Assembly: GCA_051439505.1 (NCBI GenBank)
Contig: JBFRWI010000217.1
Location: forward strand, 14,154-78,153
Reading direction: 5' to 3'
From: Hormoscilla sp.
GTDB lineage: Bacteria; Cyanobacteriota; Cyanobacteriia; Cyanobacteriales; Desertifilaceae
DNA length: 64,000 bases
This document shows positions 1-9,945 of this stretch, piece by piece. Under the pieces are notes generated by a model. The model saw nothing but the letters and a program-made list of their open reading frames with translations, was not told where the DNA came from and did not search any database. Numbering within the stretch: position 1 is the first letter of the stretch; each line of letters opens with the position of its first letter. A program made the position numbers and the translations under genes.

Positions 1-1
1 A

Positions 2-127
2 GAATCAGGGGAGAAACAAGAGGCTCTCAAGCAAAAGGATGAATTTTTAGCCAAGGTGGCGCAGCATCGTTTCGATCTGCCGCCAGACTATCGCTTTAAC
101 CGGGAAGAACTTTATGACAGAATCTAA
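2..127 (+). CDS. 3' part of a putative antitoxin (runs off the window start)
   Basis: The frame starting at 2 reads ...QHRFDLPPDYRFNREELYDRI*. This resembles the 'FxREELYDR' C-termini of VapB-like partners, and the stop overlaps the start of the PIN gene. Confidence 0.65.
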   Translation, partial: ESGEKQEALKQKDEFLAKVAQHRFDLPPDYRFNREELYDRI

Positions 128-533
128 ATGTTTCTTGGATACCAATCTCTTGGTCTATCTCTATAGTACAGATCCGAAGTCAGCGACTATAGAAAACTTG
201 ATTAATGCCCATTTTGGTGAGATATGCCTGTCGATTCAGGTGTTGAACGAACTGTATAGTGTCTTGACGCGCAAAAACTTGACAACCAAAGAAGAAGCGC
301 AAAGTATCGTCAACGATCTGATCGATAGTTATAGTATTTATTGTATTGACGAGCGATGTATTAAGCGAGCGATCGGGATCAATATCAAGTACCATTTTTC
401 ATATTGGGATAGTTTGATTATTGCGGCGGCCCTTGAAGTCGGTTGTACCACACTGTATTCGGAAGATTTGCAGCACAACCAGTTAATCGAAGATGCCTTG
501 ACAATTCTGAACCCGTTTATGATGAGCAAATAA
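114..533 (+). CDS. PIN-domain (VapC-type) toxin
   Basis: FLDTNLLVY, QVLNE, SYWDSLIIAAA and LYSED carry the acidic PIN motifs. Confidence 0.9.
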   Translation: MTESKCFLDTNLLVYLYSTDPKSATIENLINAHFGEICLSIQVLNELYSVLTRKNLTTKEEAQSIVNDLIDSYSIYCIDERCIKRAIGINIKYHFSYWDSLIIAAALEVGCTTLYSEDLQHNQLIEDALTILNPFMMSK

Positions 534-868
534 ATGCAGGTTTTCTCAGAACAGCCAGTTTAGCTGGCAGCGTTTGGTGTCAGAAACTGCCACTTTACTG
601 TCAGCATATCATCGTGGTTGCTGGCCATATATATGATAGTTTAACTTCTCATGTAAAGGCGATCGACATGTAATTTACATAATTTTATGGAGGGGAAATC
701 AGAAAAATTAAGTAAATATACGGTTTAGTAGCTGTTGATAGTTGATTAAGATAGTGGAGAGAGCAGGAGAATAATCGCTCCTCAATTAATCAGAAATTCC
801 CGAGATTGAAACCGCGTTGGTCAGAGATCGGGGTGCATCAAGTTAATTAAACTAAGGGACTGGAAGCA

Positions 869-2653
869 ATGTTTGGCGAAGATAGCGGAACGGATTTTTT
901 TTTGATTGAGGACATGCTGCCCAAGGAGCAAGAACAATACCGAGAAACTGGCGAACGGGAAATCAACTTGGACAATAATGGAATTGCCATTGCCTCGTAT
1001 GATGAAGGGTTCTTAGAATTGAATCAAATATTATTTGGCTCGGAAAATGGGACAAATAATCAGACTATTAATCAAAATCGGACGAAAAAACAGCCGCTGG
1101 CTCCTTTACCCCCTCCCAAAGCAATTGAAGAGATAGTCTTAAAGAGGAAGACAGCAGAATCAAGCGCTGCGGACTTCAACGGCGATGGCGTTCCCGACAT
1201 CTTGTGGCGCCATTATCCCACGGGAGTGAATGGGGCGTGGCTGATGAACGGCACAAATTATGTTCGTAGCCGTTCCCTGCCCCGGGTACGTAACTCCGAC
1301 TGGCGGATGCAGGGCGCGGGCGACTTTGACGGTGATGGCAAAGAGGACGACATTATCTGGCGCAACTATGATAACGGGAGGAATGCGGTGTGGCTGATGG
1401 AGGGTCGAAATCGAGTCGGAAGCCAGACTCTCTCTCGTGTAGCTAACCTCAACTGGCGCATACAGGGCGTCGGCAACTTCGACAATGATGGCAACGCGGA
1501 CGACATTCTCTGGCGTAACTATGAGACTGGGTCCAATGAGGTGTGGCTGATGGATAATGGCAATGATAACGGCGTTCTCCTCTCTAGCGAGACTAACCTC
1601 AACTGGCAAATTGGTGGCACGGGGGACTTCAATAGCGATGGCAGCACCGATATTCTCTGGCGCAATTATGCTACCGGCGCGAATAAGGTGCAGTTGATGA
1701 ATGGCACTACTGAGGGCAGTGAAGTCTCTCTGGAAAGTTTGGCCGACACGAATTGGCGCATGAGCGGCACGGGAGACTATAACAACGATAATAATATCGA
1801 TATTTTGTGGCGCAACTATGAGACTGGAGAGAATTTATTCTGGCTGATGAATGGCACCAGCAAGGACTCGGAAGTCGATCTGTTTACTGTCTCTAACTTG
1901 GACTGGGAAATTGGCTTGCAGGATAGTTTACCCGAAGCTTCTGATAATGGCGGTGGCGGTGGCGGTGGTACGGCCCTCCCCGCTGTTATTAATAGTGACA
2001 CGATTAAGTTCTCTCCTGGAGATGACGAACAGGCGATCGCCGCTACCGGTGCCGCCAGTCTCACCATCGGCACCCAAACCATTTATGTGGGTACCTGGCA
2101 AGCATCGAGTAACAATCAAAACCCAATTATTGCCAGTTTTGACAGCAGTAACCCCAGGAACAATTGGGTAAAAACGGACTATGAAGCCACAGGTGCTGAC
2201 GGTCGCGGTTTGGGCTTATTGTGGGATGGCAGTAACCTGTTTGCCGCCTTCACCACGGACGGCACCCAAGGCAGTGTCAGTGAAGATTGGCGTCGGGCAA
2301 CGGGTGCCACTGGTCAATTCAGTTGGCTGAACAGCTACGGATCGGGAGGCGGTGCCAAGGTATCAGTGGTGGGTAAACTCGACCTCGCTACGGGGGATCT
2401 GACAGATGCGGCTTATGTGTCAGCGTTGCTCACTAACGGAAATAGTAACACATTGACTGTAACCGATTTATCTGTTAACAGCAGTGGGAACTTGGTCGTC
2501 AATGCTAGCTCCTTTTTTAATCCCCGCAACCCGAATGGCAGCCGCATGACCCGAGTTGATACTAGCATTACTTCGCCCTTTGATTATACGATCGAGCTTA
2601 CACCGGACCTGGATACTGTAGTCAGCACTGCCGCTGTTGGCTGGGTTGCCTAA
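869..2653 (+). CDS. FG-GAP/VCBS repeat surface protein with a poly-Gly linker and an unassigned C-terminal beta-rich domain
   Basis: Five repeats of (G/A)DFxxDGxxDILWRNYxTGxNxxWLM, then GGGGGGG, then a Ser/Thr/Gly-rich domain. Confidence 0.85.
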   Translation: MFGEDSGTDFFLIEDMLPKEQEQYRETGEREINLDNNGIAIASYDEGFLELNQILFGSENGTNNQTINQNRTKKQPLAPLPPPKAIEEIVLKRKTAESSAADFNGDGVPDILWRHYPTGVNGAWLMNGTNYVRSRSLPRVRNSDWRMQGAGDFDGDGKEDDIIWRNYDNGRNAVWLMEGRNRVGSQTLSRVANLNWRIQGVGNFDNDGNADDILWRNYETGSNEVWLMDNGNDNGVLLSSETNLNWQIGGTGDFNSDGSTDILWRNYATGANKVQLMNGTTEGSEVSLESLADTNWRMSGTGDYNNDNNIDILWRNYETGENLFWLMNGTSKDSEVDLFTVSNLDWEIGLQDSLPEASDNGGGGGGGTALPAVINSDTIKFSPGDDEQAIAATGAASLTIGTQTIYVGTWQASSNNQNPIIASFDSSNPRNNWVKTDYEATGADGRGLGLLWDGSNLFAAFTTDGTQGSVSEDWRRATGATGQFSWLNSYGSGGGAKVSVVGKLDLATGDLTDAAYVSALLTNGNSNTLTVTDLSVNSSGNLVVNASSFFNPRNPNGSRMTRVDTSITSPFDYTIELTPDLDTVVSTAAVGWVA

Positions 2654-2704
2654 TGTTAGGTTTGTCAATGGCTAATGGTTAATGGCTAATTGAAACCATT
2701 AGCC

Positions 2705-2725
2705 GTAGGGTGGGCATTGCCCACC
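2705..2725 (+). repeat. GTAG-type REP palindrome (GTAGGGTGGGCATTGCCCACC)
   Basis: GTAG tetramer followed by a hairpin. The same family recurs at 23095, 24471-24706 and 58352. Confidence 0.8.
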
Positions 2726-2739
2726 AAGACCATATCTTT

Positions 2740-3001
2740 GATGGAGAATATAGCCGTTTATCGTTCCCATTGGCGACCCCTGGAAAGGAGGATTTGGATC
2801 CTCTACCTGCCTTAAAAAATGAAGCATAAATGAACGATATATTAAAGAATTACTCTCTAAGTGTTGAATTTGCAGAAGCTAGCAGAGATGATGCAGATGC
2901 GCGATCGCCTTTTTGAAGTTGAATCAGAGTTAAGTGCAGAAGAAAAAAGAATTCTCGCTTTAGCCGATCGCCAGTTAATCCTGCGTGCGGCTGAGTTTTT
3001 T
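2740..3001 (+). pseudogene. Remnant of a small two-gene module
   Basis: A C-terminal fragment DGEYSRLSFPLATPGKEDLDPLPALKNEA* abuts ATG 2830 (MNDILKNYSLSVEFAEAS). That frame shifts into EMMQMRDRLFEVESEL...AAEF and is cut off by the palindromic repeat at about 3002. Confidence 0.4.
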
Positions 3002-3007
3002 CTCGTT

Positions 3008-3232
3008 TCTCGTTCCCTGGCTCCGCCGGGGAACGTGGGTTTTGAGGCTCTGCCTCCTTTGACAAATAAAGTTTTCTCTAGTGAGGAGACCTAGGAACGA
3101 GGGTAATTCACAGGAGGCAGAGCCTCAGACTTCCCATTCCCAGGGAGACCCTGGGAACGAGGGTAAAGTTTTTGCTGCGGCCAAAGGCGCCAGCAGCCCA
3201 GAAACCCGGTTTTTACAGAAAACCGGGTTTCT
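3008..3232. repeat. Cluster of palindromic repeats (CGTTCCC..GGGAACG, GAGGCAGAGCCTC and AGAAACCGGGTTTCT families)
   Basis: Nested hairpins are visible. The same motifs recur at about 41810-41860 and 41516-42015. Confidence 0.7.
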
Positions 3233-3319
3233 TAATTTATTGGCTACTGCCCCAAAAAAGTTCCGGATCGTCAATATAGCTCCAGAATACGTGATTGGCC
3301 AAACAAACTTTAGAGGTAG

Positions 3320-4672
3320 ATGCAGTCATTACCAAAGCTGTGGAAATACTTCCGCACGCAAGTCATCAAACGAAAATTTGTCCGAGACGTGGGAGTATTG
3401 ACGATCGCCAATTTAGTAGCAGCCATGCTGAGTTTTGCCCAGGGGATTTTTGTGGCCCGTTGGCTGGGACCGGAACGCTACGGGATGGCGGCCTTGGTAA
3501 TGACTTATCCTGGTTTGGTGTTCGCGTTTTTTGATGCTCGTTCTGCGGAAGCTTCGGTGAAATATCTGAGCGAATTTTATGCTCGGGGCGATCGCGATCG
3601 GGTGCTAGGGATGTGTAAATTGGGATATATAATAGATGTAGGCATAGCTATGTTGGCTTTTTTCACCGTGTTTTCTACAGCAAGTTGGGCGGCCCAAGCA
3701 ATTGCTCACCGTCCAGAAGCTGTAGGACTAATAGTAGTCTATGCAGCAGCATTCATTCCCCGAGGGTTAGTGGGCACTTCTCGTGCAGTTATGGTAACAT
3801 TGGGTAAATTTAATTTGATTGCCTGGATTGAAACTTGCACAACATTTTTGCGCGTGGTGTTAGTTTTAAGTTTAGCGTTCGCCGGTTGGCAAGTCGCAGG
3901 AGTGGTTTGGGGAAATACCATTGCCATGGCAGTAACGGGATTGGTTCAAGGGGCGATCGGGTGGTTTATGATTTATCGCCACTGGGGGGCATTACCTTTT
4001 CAAGGAAAATGCCAACATCTTAAACAGCAGAGTCAAGAAATATTCAAGTTTTTGTTCTACAACAATATCACAGCACTGATAGGAACGATTCCCAAGCAAA
4101 TTGATATTTTATTATTAGGCTACTTTCGCAGTCCCTTAGAAGTTGGCTACTATCAACTAGCAAAAAAATTGAGCAGCATCGTTAGCTATTTTGTCGGGCC
4201 GTTACAATCTGTCACTTACCCTGAAATATCAAGACTTTCCGGCTTAGGCAAGATATCTGCCATTCAAAATAAAGTCAAAAAACTAGCCTTTCAGGTGGGA
4301 TTGCCCTTGGGATTAACTGTTTTAGTTGTCACCCTACTACTACCTAGCGGATTAACAATATTTTTTGGCGATGAATATCAGCCTGCTGCTACAGCCATCC
4401 AGCTTTTATTTTTAGGCTCCGCTATTTGGCTAACCTTCTTTTGGCTAAAACCAGTGTTTATGACCATTGGGGAAATGAAATTTTGGGCTAGTAACTCAGT
4501 CTTGGTTGTGATGCTTACTTTGACAGGCTTTGCATTTGCAATCCCTGTGGGAGGGTATGTGGGCTTGGCATGGGTGTGGCTGATTACTGGTGGGTTGGGA
4601 GGGCATCTCTTTGCCACCATTTATCTTCTTTACAAGTGGAAAATCGCTAGTGCTGTTGCTGGAGAATTATAA
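3320..4672 (+). CDS. wzx: Wzx-type polysaccharide flippase
   Basis: About 12 hydrophobic segments with ARWLGPERYG and GYYQLA motifs. First gene of the glycosyltransferase cluster. Confidence 0.85.
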   Translation: MQSLPKLWKYFRTQVIKRKFVRDVGVLTIANLVAAMLSFAQGIFVARWLGPERYGMAALVMTYPGLVFAFFDARSAEASVKYLSEFYARGDRDRVLGMCKLGYIIDVGIAMLAFFTVFSTASWAAQAIAHRPEAVGLIVVYAAAFIPRGLVGTSRAVMVTLGKFNLIAWIETCTTFLRVVLVLSLAFAGWQVAGVVWGNTIAMAVTGLVQGAIGWFMIYRHWGALPFQGKCQHLKQQSQEIFKFLFYNNITALIGTIPKQIDILLLGYFRSPLEVGYYQLAKKLSSIVSYFVGPLQSVTYPEISRLSGLGKISAIQNKVKKLAFQVGLPLGLTVLVVTLLLPSGLTIFFGDEYQPAATAIQLLFLGSAIWLTFFWLKPVFMTIGEMKFWASNSVLVVMLTLTGFAFAIPVGGYVGLAWVWLITGGLGGHLFATIYLLYKWKIASAVAGEL

Positions 4673-5502
4673 TGATCGCCAAAGTAAAAGACTTCTACGA
4701 AACTTACCCAGATCGCATTTTTGATAAAAGATACAATTCGCCTTATTGGCTGCGAAGCTATACTCACCGCCAAATTTATGACCAATTTTTACCTTATCTA
4801 AAAAAAGGGATGCAGGTACTTGATGCCGGTTGTGGAGAAGGCGTACTCAGTTGCTTAATCGCACAGCAAGGGATTGATGTTGTTGGAGTTGATTTATCTG
4901 CACCCAATATCGAGGCCGCTAGTCGTTTAGCTTCTCAGTGGAATGTTAACCCTAAGTTTTTGCAAGGAGACGCGGAAAATCTCCCGTTTTCAGACAATAG
5001 CTTTGATATTGTAATTAGTTCCCACGTACTCGAACATTTACCCGATTTGCATCAGGGATTGCGCGAGTTGTACCGTGTCACCGGGAGTGTGGCGCTGATT
5101 GCCATGCCTACTTGCTTAAATCCAGCTTGTTGGGTACTGCTGGGTGGCGATCGCTATTGGAAGTTGGGCAGGCGATCGATCATGGCAATGCCCATTGGTC
5201 TGAGCAAAACAATTGTTGCTTGGTTGTCCGGAAAAGAAGGCCCAGATGAAGGATATGCAGGGAATAACGAGTTACCCCATATTTGGCGCTTCCCTTGGGT
5301 CATGCGTCAGCAAATAGAAAGTGTTGGTTTTCAAATTGAGAAGTTTGAAGCAGGGCCACTTCTGTTTCCTTATCTGGCCCACTATATCCAGTCATTGCAG
5401 TCTGTGCAAAGAGCCCTAGATACATATCGCGATCGCCCGTTACTGCAGAACTTTGGCTACGGCAGTATGGCGGTTTGCTACAAGAACGGCGTCAGTCATT
5501 AA
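4672..5502 (+). CDS. Class I SAM-dependent methyltransferase
   Basis: VLDAGCGEG motif I and LPFSDNSFDIVISSHVLEH. Confidence 0.9.
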   Translation: MIAKVKDFYETYPDRIFDKRYNSPYWLRSYTHRQIYDQFLPYLKKGMQVLDAGCGEGVLSCLIAQQGIDVVGVDLSAPNIEAASRLASQWNVNPKFLQGDAENLPFSDNSFDIVISSHVLEHLPDLHQGLRELYRVTGSVALIAMPTCLNPACWVLLGGDRYWKLGRRSIMAMPIGLSKTIVAWLSGKEGPDEGYAGNNELPHIWRFPWVMRQQIESVGFQIEKFEAGPLLFPYLAHYIQSLQSVQRALDTYRDRPLLQNFGYGSMAVCYKNGVSH

Positions 5503-5542
5503 TCATCTAAATTTTAGGAGCAGTTTTAGCTGTAATGAAACC

Positions 5543-6657
5543 ATGAAAATTGCTTGTCTTACCACCAGCTTATCTCTTGATAACGGATGGGGTCGTTATT
5601 CCTACGAAATTATTAGACGGCTTCCTGACTATGGAATAGAATCTGTCGTTTTTCTGGATAGTTCTGCTCCCAACGCTAATAAAGATGGGTTCAGAAGCTA
5701 CGGCGTTCTCCGTTCCTTTTCCAATGGCATCCGCAAACCGATTAATTTACTATGGGACTGGTTGAAAATTCGCCAAGAGATTAGCAAGTGTCACATAGTC
5801 CACTGTTTTGCAGAGCCGTTTATGCCCTTAGCATATCTTGCGGCTTCAATAGACAAAAAAAATTGCTGGTTAATGCAGTCGGAACTTATGCTTTCTCTAG
5901 CCTTAATCAAAAAAATAGTAATCTCTACTACCAATCTTATAAATTAGCAGAGAGTATTCCGGCTATCAGTCATTATGTCGCTAAACTAATGAACGAACGA
6001 TTACCAGAATTTGCGGATAAGTTACAAGTAATTCCTTTGGGAGTCAACACAGAACATATTCAGTTATTTCCAAACAATGAGCAGCCTCCTAAACGTGAGA
6101 ACGCTTTTCTAGCAGTCGGTCAAGTCAAAGCCAGGAAAGGAACCTTGCAAGCTGTTGAAGCCCTGGCAAAAGTGGTTGAAAAGTTTCCAGAGGCGAAACT
6201 CTATATTGCTGGTTCTATTTCTCAGACAAACTATGTCCAACAAGTTAAAAATAAGATATATGAAAATCATCTTGAAAACCATGTATGTTTTTTAGGAACT
6301 ATTTCCACAGAGCAACTTAATGACTACTACAGTAGAGTTCGTGGTCTGGTGATGCCCTCTATGAATGTCGGTAATAGTTTTGAAGGGTTTGGTCTGGTTC
6401 ACTTAGAAGCAAATTCATTTGGGGTGCCTTCTATCGGATCTTTAGACTGCGGAAATGAAGATGCGATTAAAGATGGATACAGTGGTTTTTTAGTAGAGCA
6501 AGGAAATACTGATGCGATCGCTGCATCCATGATCAAATTACTAGATCCTAGTTTCGACTGGTCTTCAATGTCTCGTAATGCAAGATATTTTGCTCAAAGT
6601 ATGTCGTGGAACAAAGTAGTCGCAGCTTACGTTAATCTTTATCAAGCCACAGCTTAA
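5543..6657 (+). pseudogene. GT4 glycosyltransferase split by a frameshift in an A8 tract (5855-5862)
   Basis: The N-terminal half MKIACLTTSLSLDNGWGRY...ASIDKK continues as KLLVNAVGTY...EGFGLVHLEA in another frame. One extra A restores a single ORF. Confidence 0.8.
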
Positions 6658-6707
6658 ACCAGATAATTTGTTGAAATAAATATCAAAATAATCGAGCTAA
6701 AAAAACC

Positions 6708-7958
6708 GTGATTAATCAACAATATGTTAGCATACCAACCTGGGAAAAACGCAAGTCTTACCCAAAGATAGCTTTTTGCTGGATAGGTGGCGCTCGCTAT
6801 AGCAATCCCCTAGATAAAACTAGCGAGAAAAAATTTCGCGCTCTTCAGCCATTAGGAGAGTTGTTTATAATCGGCTTTTCTCAAAACATTCTACCGCGCC
6901 AGTTTACCGAACACGCTCACTTTTATTTAATGCCCCAGCTACCTTGGACGCTGCTGCGCTATGCAGAAATGTTAATTCTCGGAACAACCCTGAGTCTGTG
7001 GGTTATTTTCCGACATAGGGTGCAAATTTTGGTGGCTCAAAGCCCCTATGAAGGGGTTGCAGCAGCCCTAGCAAAAATGATTGCCCATTGGTTTGGGAGA
7101 CAGGTTGTATTAGTGGTGGAAAGTCATGGTGATTTTGAAGAAAGTCTCTTTTTACAAAAGCAGATTCGATTTACGGGCATTTATCGCTTATTGATGAGAT
7201 ATGCTGCGAATTTTACCCTTAACAGTGCTGACTTACTACGCTCAGTGTCTCATGTTACGGGGCAACAATTACAGCGATGGTTGAGTGACAAGTCAATTGT
7301 ACAATTTCCTGCCTGGACAGACATAGAAATGTTTTTAAATGTTAGCGTTCAAAGGAATGAGCATGAATCCCCAAAAATTGTTTATGCTGGCGTGTTGACT
7401 TACTTAAAGGGGGTTGCTCATCTAGTCAACGCCTTTGCCAGTATTGCCCAAGATTTTCCCCAAACCGAGTTAGTTCTTATTGGACGTGAGGATGACAAAG
7501 CCTACGCTGACCAGTTGAAAGCGCAAGTCAGTAAATTGCCGCTAGAGAGTCAGGTTCAATTTATGCCACAACTGGATCAGCCAGAGTTAGCAAAATATAT
7601 GAGTCAGGCGTCAGTTTTTGTGCTGCCCTCCCTCTCGGAAGGACTTGGACGAGTCGTTCTAGAGGCGATGGCAACTGGGACACCTGCGATCGCCAGTAAT
7701 GTGGGTGGGATTCCTGATATGGTGCAGGAAGGCATTAATGGATTTCTCGTGCCCCCAGGAGATGAAAAAGCATTGGCCGATCGCTTCCGCTGGATGCTAG
7801 AACACCCCACTGATGCCAAAGAAATGGGACGCCATGCTCGTGATTTTGCAGAGCAATTCTTTTCCACAGCAACTTATGTGCAGGGATATCAAAATATTTT
7901 TGAGGCCGCACAAAGATTGCTAAATCAAGGAGACATAAATAATGCGTCTTTTACTTGA
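6708..7958 (+). CDS. GT4 glycosyltransferase
   Basis: LKGVAHL and PSLSEGLGRVVLEAMATG (EX7E). Confidence 0.9.
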   Translation: MINQQYVSIPTWEKRKSYPKIAFCWIGGARYSNPLDKTSEKKFRALQPLGELFIIGFSQNILPRQFTEHAHFYLMPQLPWTLLRYAEMLILGTTLSLWVIFRHRVQILVAQSPYEGVAAALAKMIAHWFGRQVVLVVESHGDFEESLFLQKQIRFTGIYRLLMRYAANFTLNSADLLRSVSHVTGQQLQRWLSDKSIVQFPAWTDIEMFLNVSVQRNEHESPKIVYAGVLTYLKGVAHLVNAFASIAQDFPQTELVLIGREDDKAYADQLKAQVSKLPLESQVQFMPQLDQPELAKYMSQASVFVLPSLSEGLGRVVLEAMATGTPAIASNVGGIPDMVQEGINGFLVPPGDEKALADRFRWMLEHPTDAKEMGRHARDFAEQFFSTATYVQGYQNIFEAAQRLLNQGDINNASFT

Positions 7959-8031
7959 TAACTTGGCTACCGAGGCACAATACTCCTTTTTTGGCTTGAC
8001 CACGGCTTGGATTTTATTGACTCAAATTTGA
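7942..8031 (+). pseudogene. Truncated N-terminus of a GT4 paralogue
   Basis: AGGAG precedes the ATG. MRLLLDNLATEAQYSFFGLTTAWI aligns without gaps to MHILWFNLATDADDPILGFATRWI of 9946..11010. Confidence 0.6.
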
Positions 8032-8045
8032 GTAGGTACAAATTA

Positions 8046-9146
8046 ATGGAAAGTCAAATTAAACTTTACGTCAATTCTAGATTAATAGATCGCCAATTAA
8101 GCTATAGTCCCCTTTTGTATCCTTTTTGGGGGTCTATCTACAAAGCTTCTACTCCTTTTATCAGTGCCGTTTGGCAACAGCAATATTTTGATTCTGCTTA
8201 CTATCAAATTGTAGACAGTCTTGAAGATGCAGATTTTTATTTTATTCCTCATAATTATTGGTTGCTGCAAAAATACAACCCCAACCTCCTCAAAACTTTC
8301 GTCCAAGAAGCGATCGCGCAAGAGCAGCCGATCCTGATAGATGCTTATGGAGATTCAACGGCAGAGATTGACGTGAAAAACTCTGTGATTCTGAGGACGA
8401 GTCAATATCGATTTAATCTCAAGAATAATGAAATCATTCTCCCAGCATATGCGGAAGACTTGCTGCAATCATACTGCAATAATCAGTTAGGGATTCGAGC
8501 TAAACCCCAAGTTCCAGTGATTGGATTTTGTGGGTGGGGAAAGCCGAAATTAACCACTGCGATCGCCAAATTGCCGAAAACAGCTTATATCAATTATCTC
8601 TCGATTTTTAATCCCAAAGCTGCTGCTCTCAAAAAAGGACTATTTTTTCGTGAGTATATTCTGAAAAACCTGAGAAAATTTCCGGATATTCAAACAAATT
8701 TTGTGATTAATCAGGTATATTCTGGGTATCTGCTGAACCCCGATATAAAAAATCAGTTAAGAATGCAGTTTGTTAATAATCTGTTGAATTCTGATTATGT
8801 CCTCTGCGTCAAAGGAGATGGCAACTATTCCATGAGATTTTATGAAGCGTTAAGTTTGGGGAGAATTCCTTTATTTGTAGATACTGAATGCGTCCTCCCC
8901 CTTAGCGAACGGATTAATTATCACAGTTTTTGTGTCTTTGTAAGTCATCAAGAAATAAAAGATATTGGCAAAAACATCCTAGATTTTCATCAAAATATTG
9001 CTCCAGATCGGTTTGTGGAAATGCAAATCAAATCTCGGCATATTTTTGAAGATTATTTGCGAATTAATAGTTTTACCAAACATCTCGTCCAAATTTTGCA
9101 AAAAATCAGGATTGAAAGAAATTCCGATTCTGTAGTCAGAATCTAG
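8046..9146 (+). CDS. Exostosin-like (GT47) glycosyltransferase
   Basis: SDYVLCVKGDGNYSMRFYEALSLGRIPL is the exostosin C-terminal motif. ATG 8046 is preferred over the upstream TTG. Confidence 0.8.
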   Translation: MESQIKLYVNSRLIDRQLSYSPLLYPFWGSIYKASTPFISAVWQQQYFDSAYYQIVDSLEDADFYFIPHNYWLLQKYNPNLLKTFVQEAIAQEQPILIDAYGDSTAEIDVKNSVILRTSQYRFNLKNNEIILPAYAEDLLQSYCNNQLGIRAKPQVPVIGFCGWGKPKLTTAIAKLPKTAYINYLSIFNPKAAALKKGLFFREYILKNLRKFPDIQTNFVINQVYSGYLLNPDIKNQLRMQFVNNLLNSDYVLCVKGDGNYSMRFYEALSLGRIPLFVDTECVLPLSERINYHSFCVFVSHQEIKDIGKNILDFHQNIAPDRFVEMQIKSRHIFEDYLRINSFTKHLVQILQKIRIERNSDSVVRI

Positions 9147-9189
9147 AGAATTATCGCCAGCTAGCCGGAAAAATTGGAGAAAATCAAAA

Positions 9190-9915
9190 ATGGACTACAC
9201 CACTTATGCTACCTCAATTTCATTTCGCTTAATTCAACCTAGCCATAAAATGCCCAGGGGATTTCATAAAACTACCCAATTATTTCAATCTTTGGGGCTT
9301 TCTCTGGAGATGGCCAATACAAAAATTCCCGAAAATGAAAGAGAGATGAAAAAAAGATTAAGAAAAATTTGTCAGATTCCCAAAATGTCAACATTTGCGA
9401 TCGCGGCACTGATTAACCAAGGCATAGCGCAAATGCCTGAATCTCAAGCTTTTGTTAATGTGGGTGTTTGGAACGGATTTACATTTTTAGCGGGTATGGC
9501 TAATCATCGCGACAAAAAATGTATAGGAGTTGATAACTTTTCTCAATTTGGCGGTCCTAAAGATGATTTTTTGAAACGGTTTTATGAATTAAAAAGCGAT
9601 CGACATTTTTTTTATGACCTCGACTATGAAGAATATTTTGCGAAAATTCATCAAGAGCCAATCGGTTTTTATATATATGATGGGGAACACAGCTATGAAA
9701 ATCAATTAAAGGGGTTGAAAATCGCGGAACATTTTTTTGCAAAAAATTGCCTGGTTTTGGTTGATGATACTCGAAAAAGTGATCCTAAGCAAGCGACTTT
9801 AGATTTTATCAGACAAAGCCCACACCAGTACCAAATGATCTTGGATTGCGCCACTTTTCATAATGGACATCCAACTTTTTGGAATGGCATCATGCTTTTC
9901 CAAAAAGTTTCGTAA
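9190..9915 (+). CDS. Class I SAM-dependent methyltransferase (Methyltransf_24-like)
   Basis: VNVGVWNGFT, IGVDNF, YIYDGEHSYE and LVDD. Confidence 0.8.
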   Translation: MDYTTYATSISFRLIQPSHKMPRGFHKTTQLFQSLGLSLEMANTKIPENEREMKKRLRKICQIPKMSTFAIAALINQGIAQMPESQAFVNVGVWNGFTFLAGMANHRDKKCIGVDNFSQFGGPKDDFLKRFYELKSDRHFFYDLDYEEYFAKIHQEPIGFYIYDGEHSYENQLKGLKIAEHFFAKNCLVLVDDTRKSDPKQATLDFIRQSPHQYQMILDCATFHNGHPTFWNGIMLFQKVS

Positions 9916-9945
9916 AACGGGAAAAACCATTAAATATTTAAAATT

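Noticed and set aside
3081..3401. 106-aa ORF and similar ORFs at 29286, 40574, 41389-41809, 24346 and 59931
   Set aside because: They translate palindromic repeat DNA (ETRFL/KPGF/RNPVS/WAVPT words).
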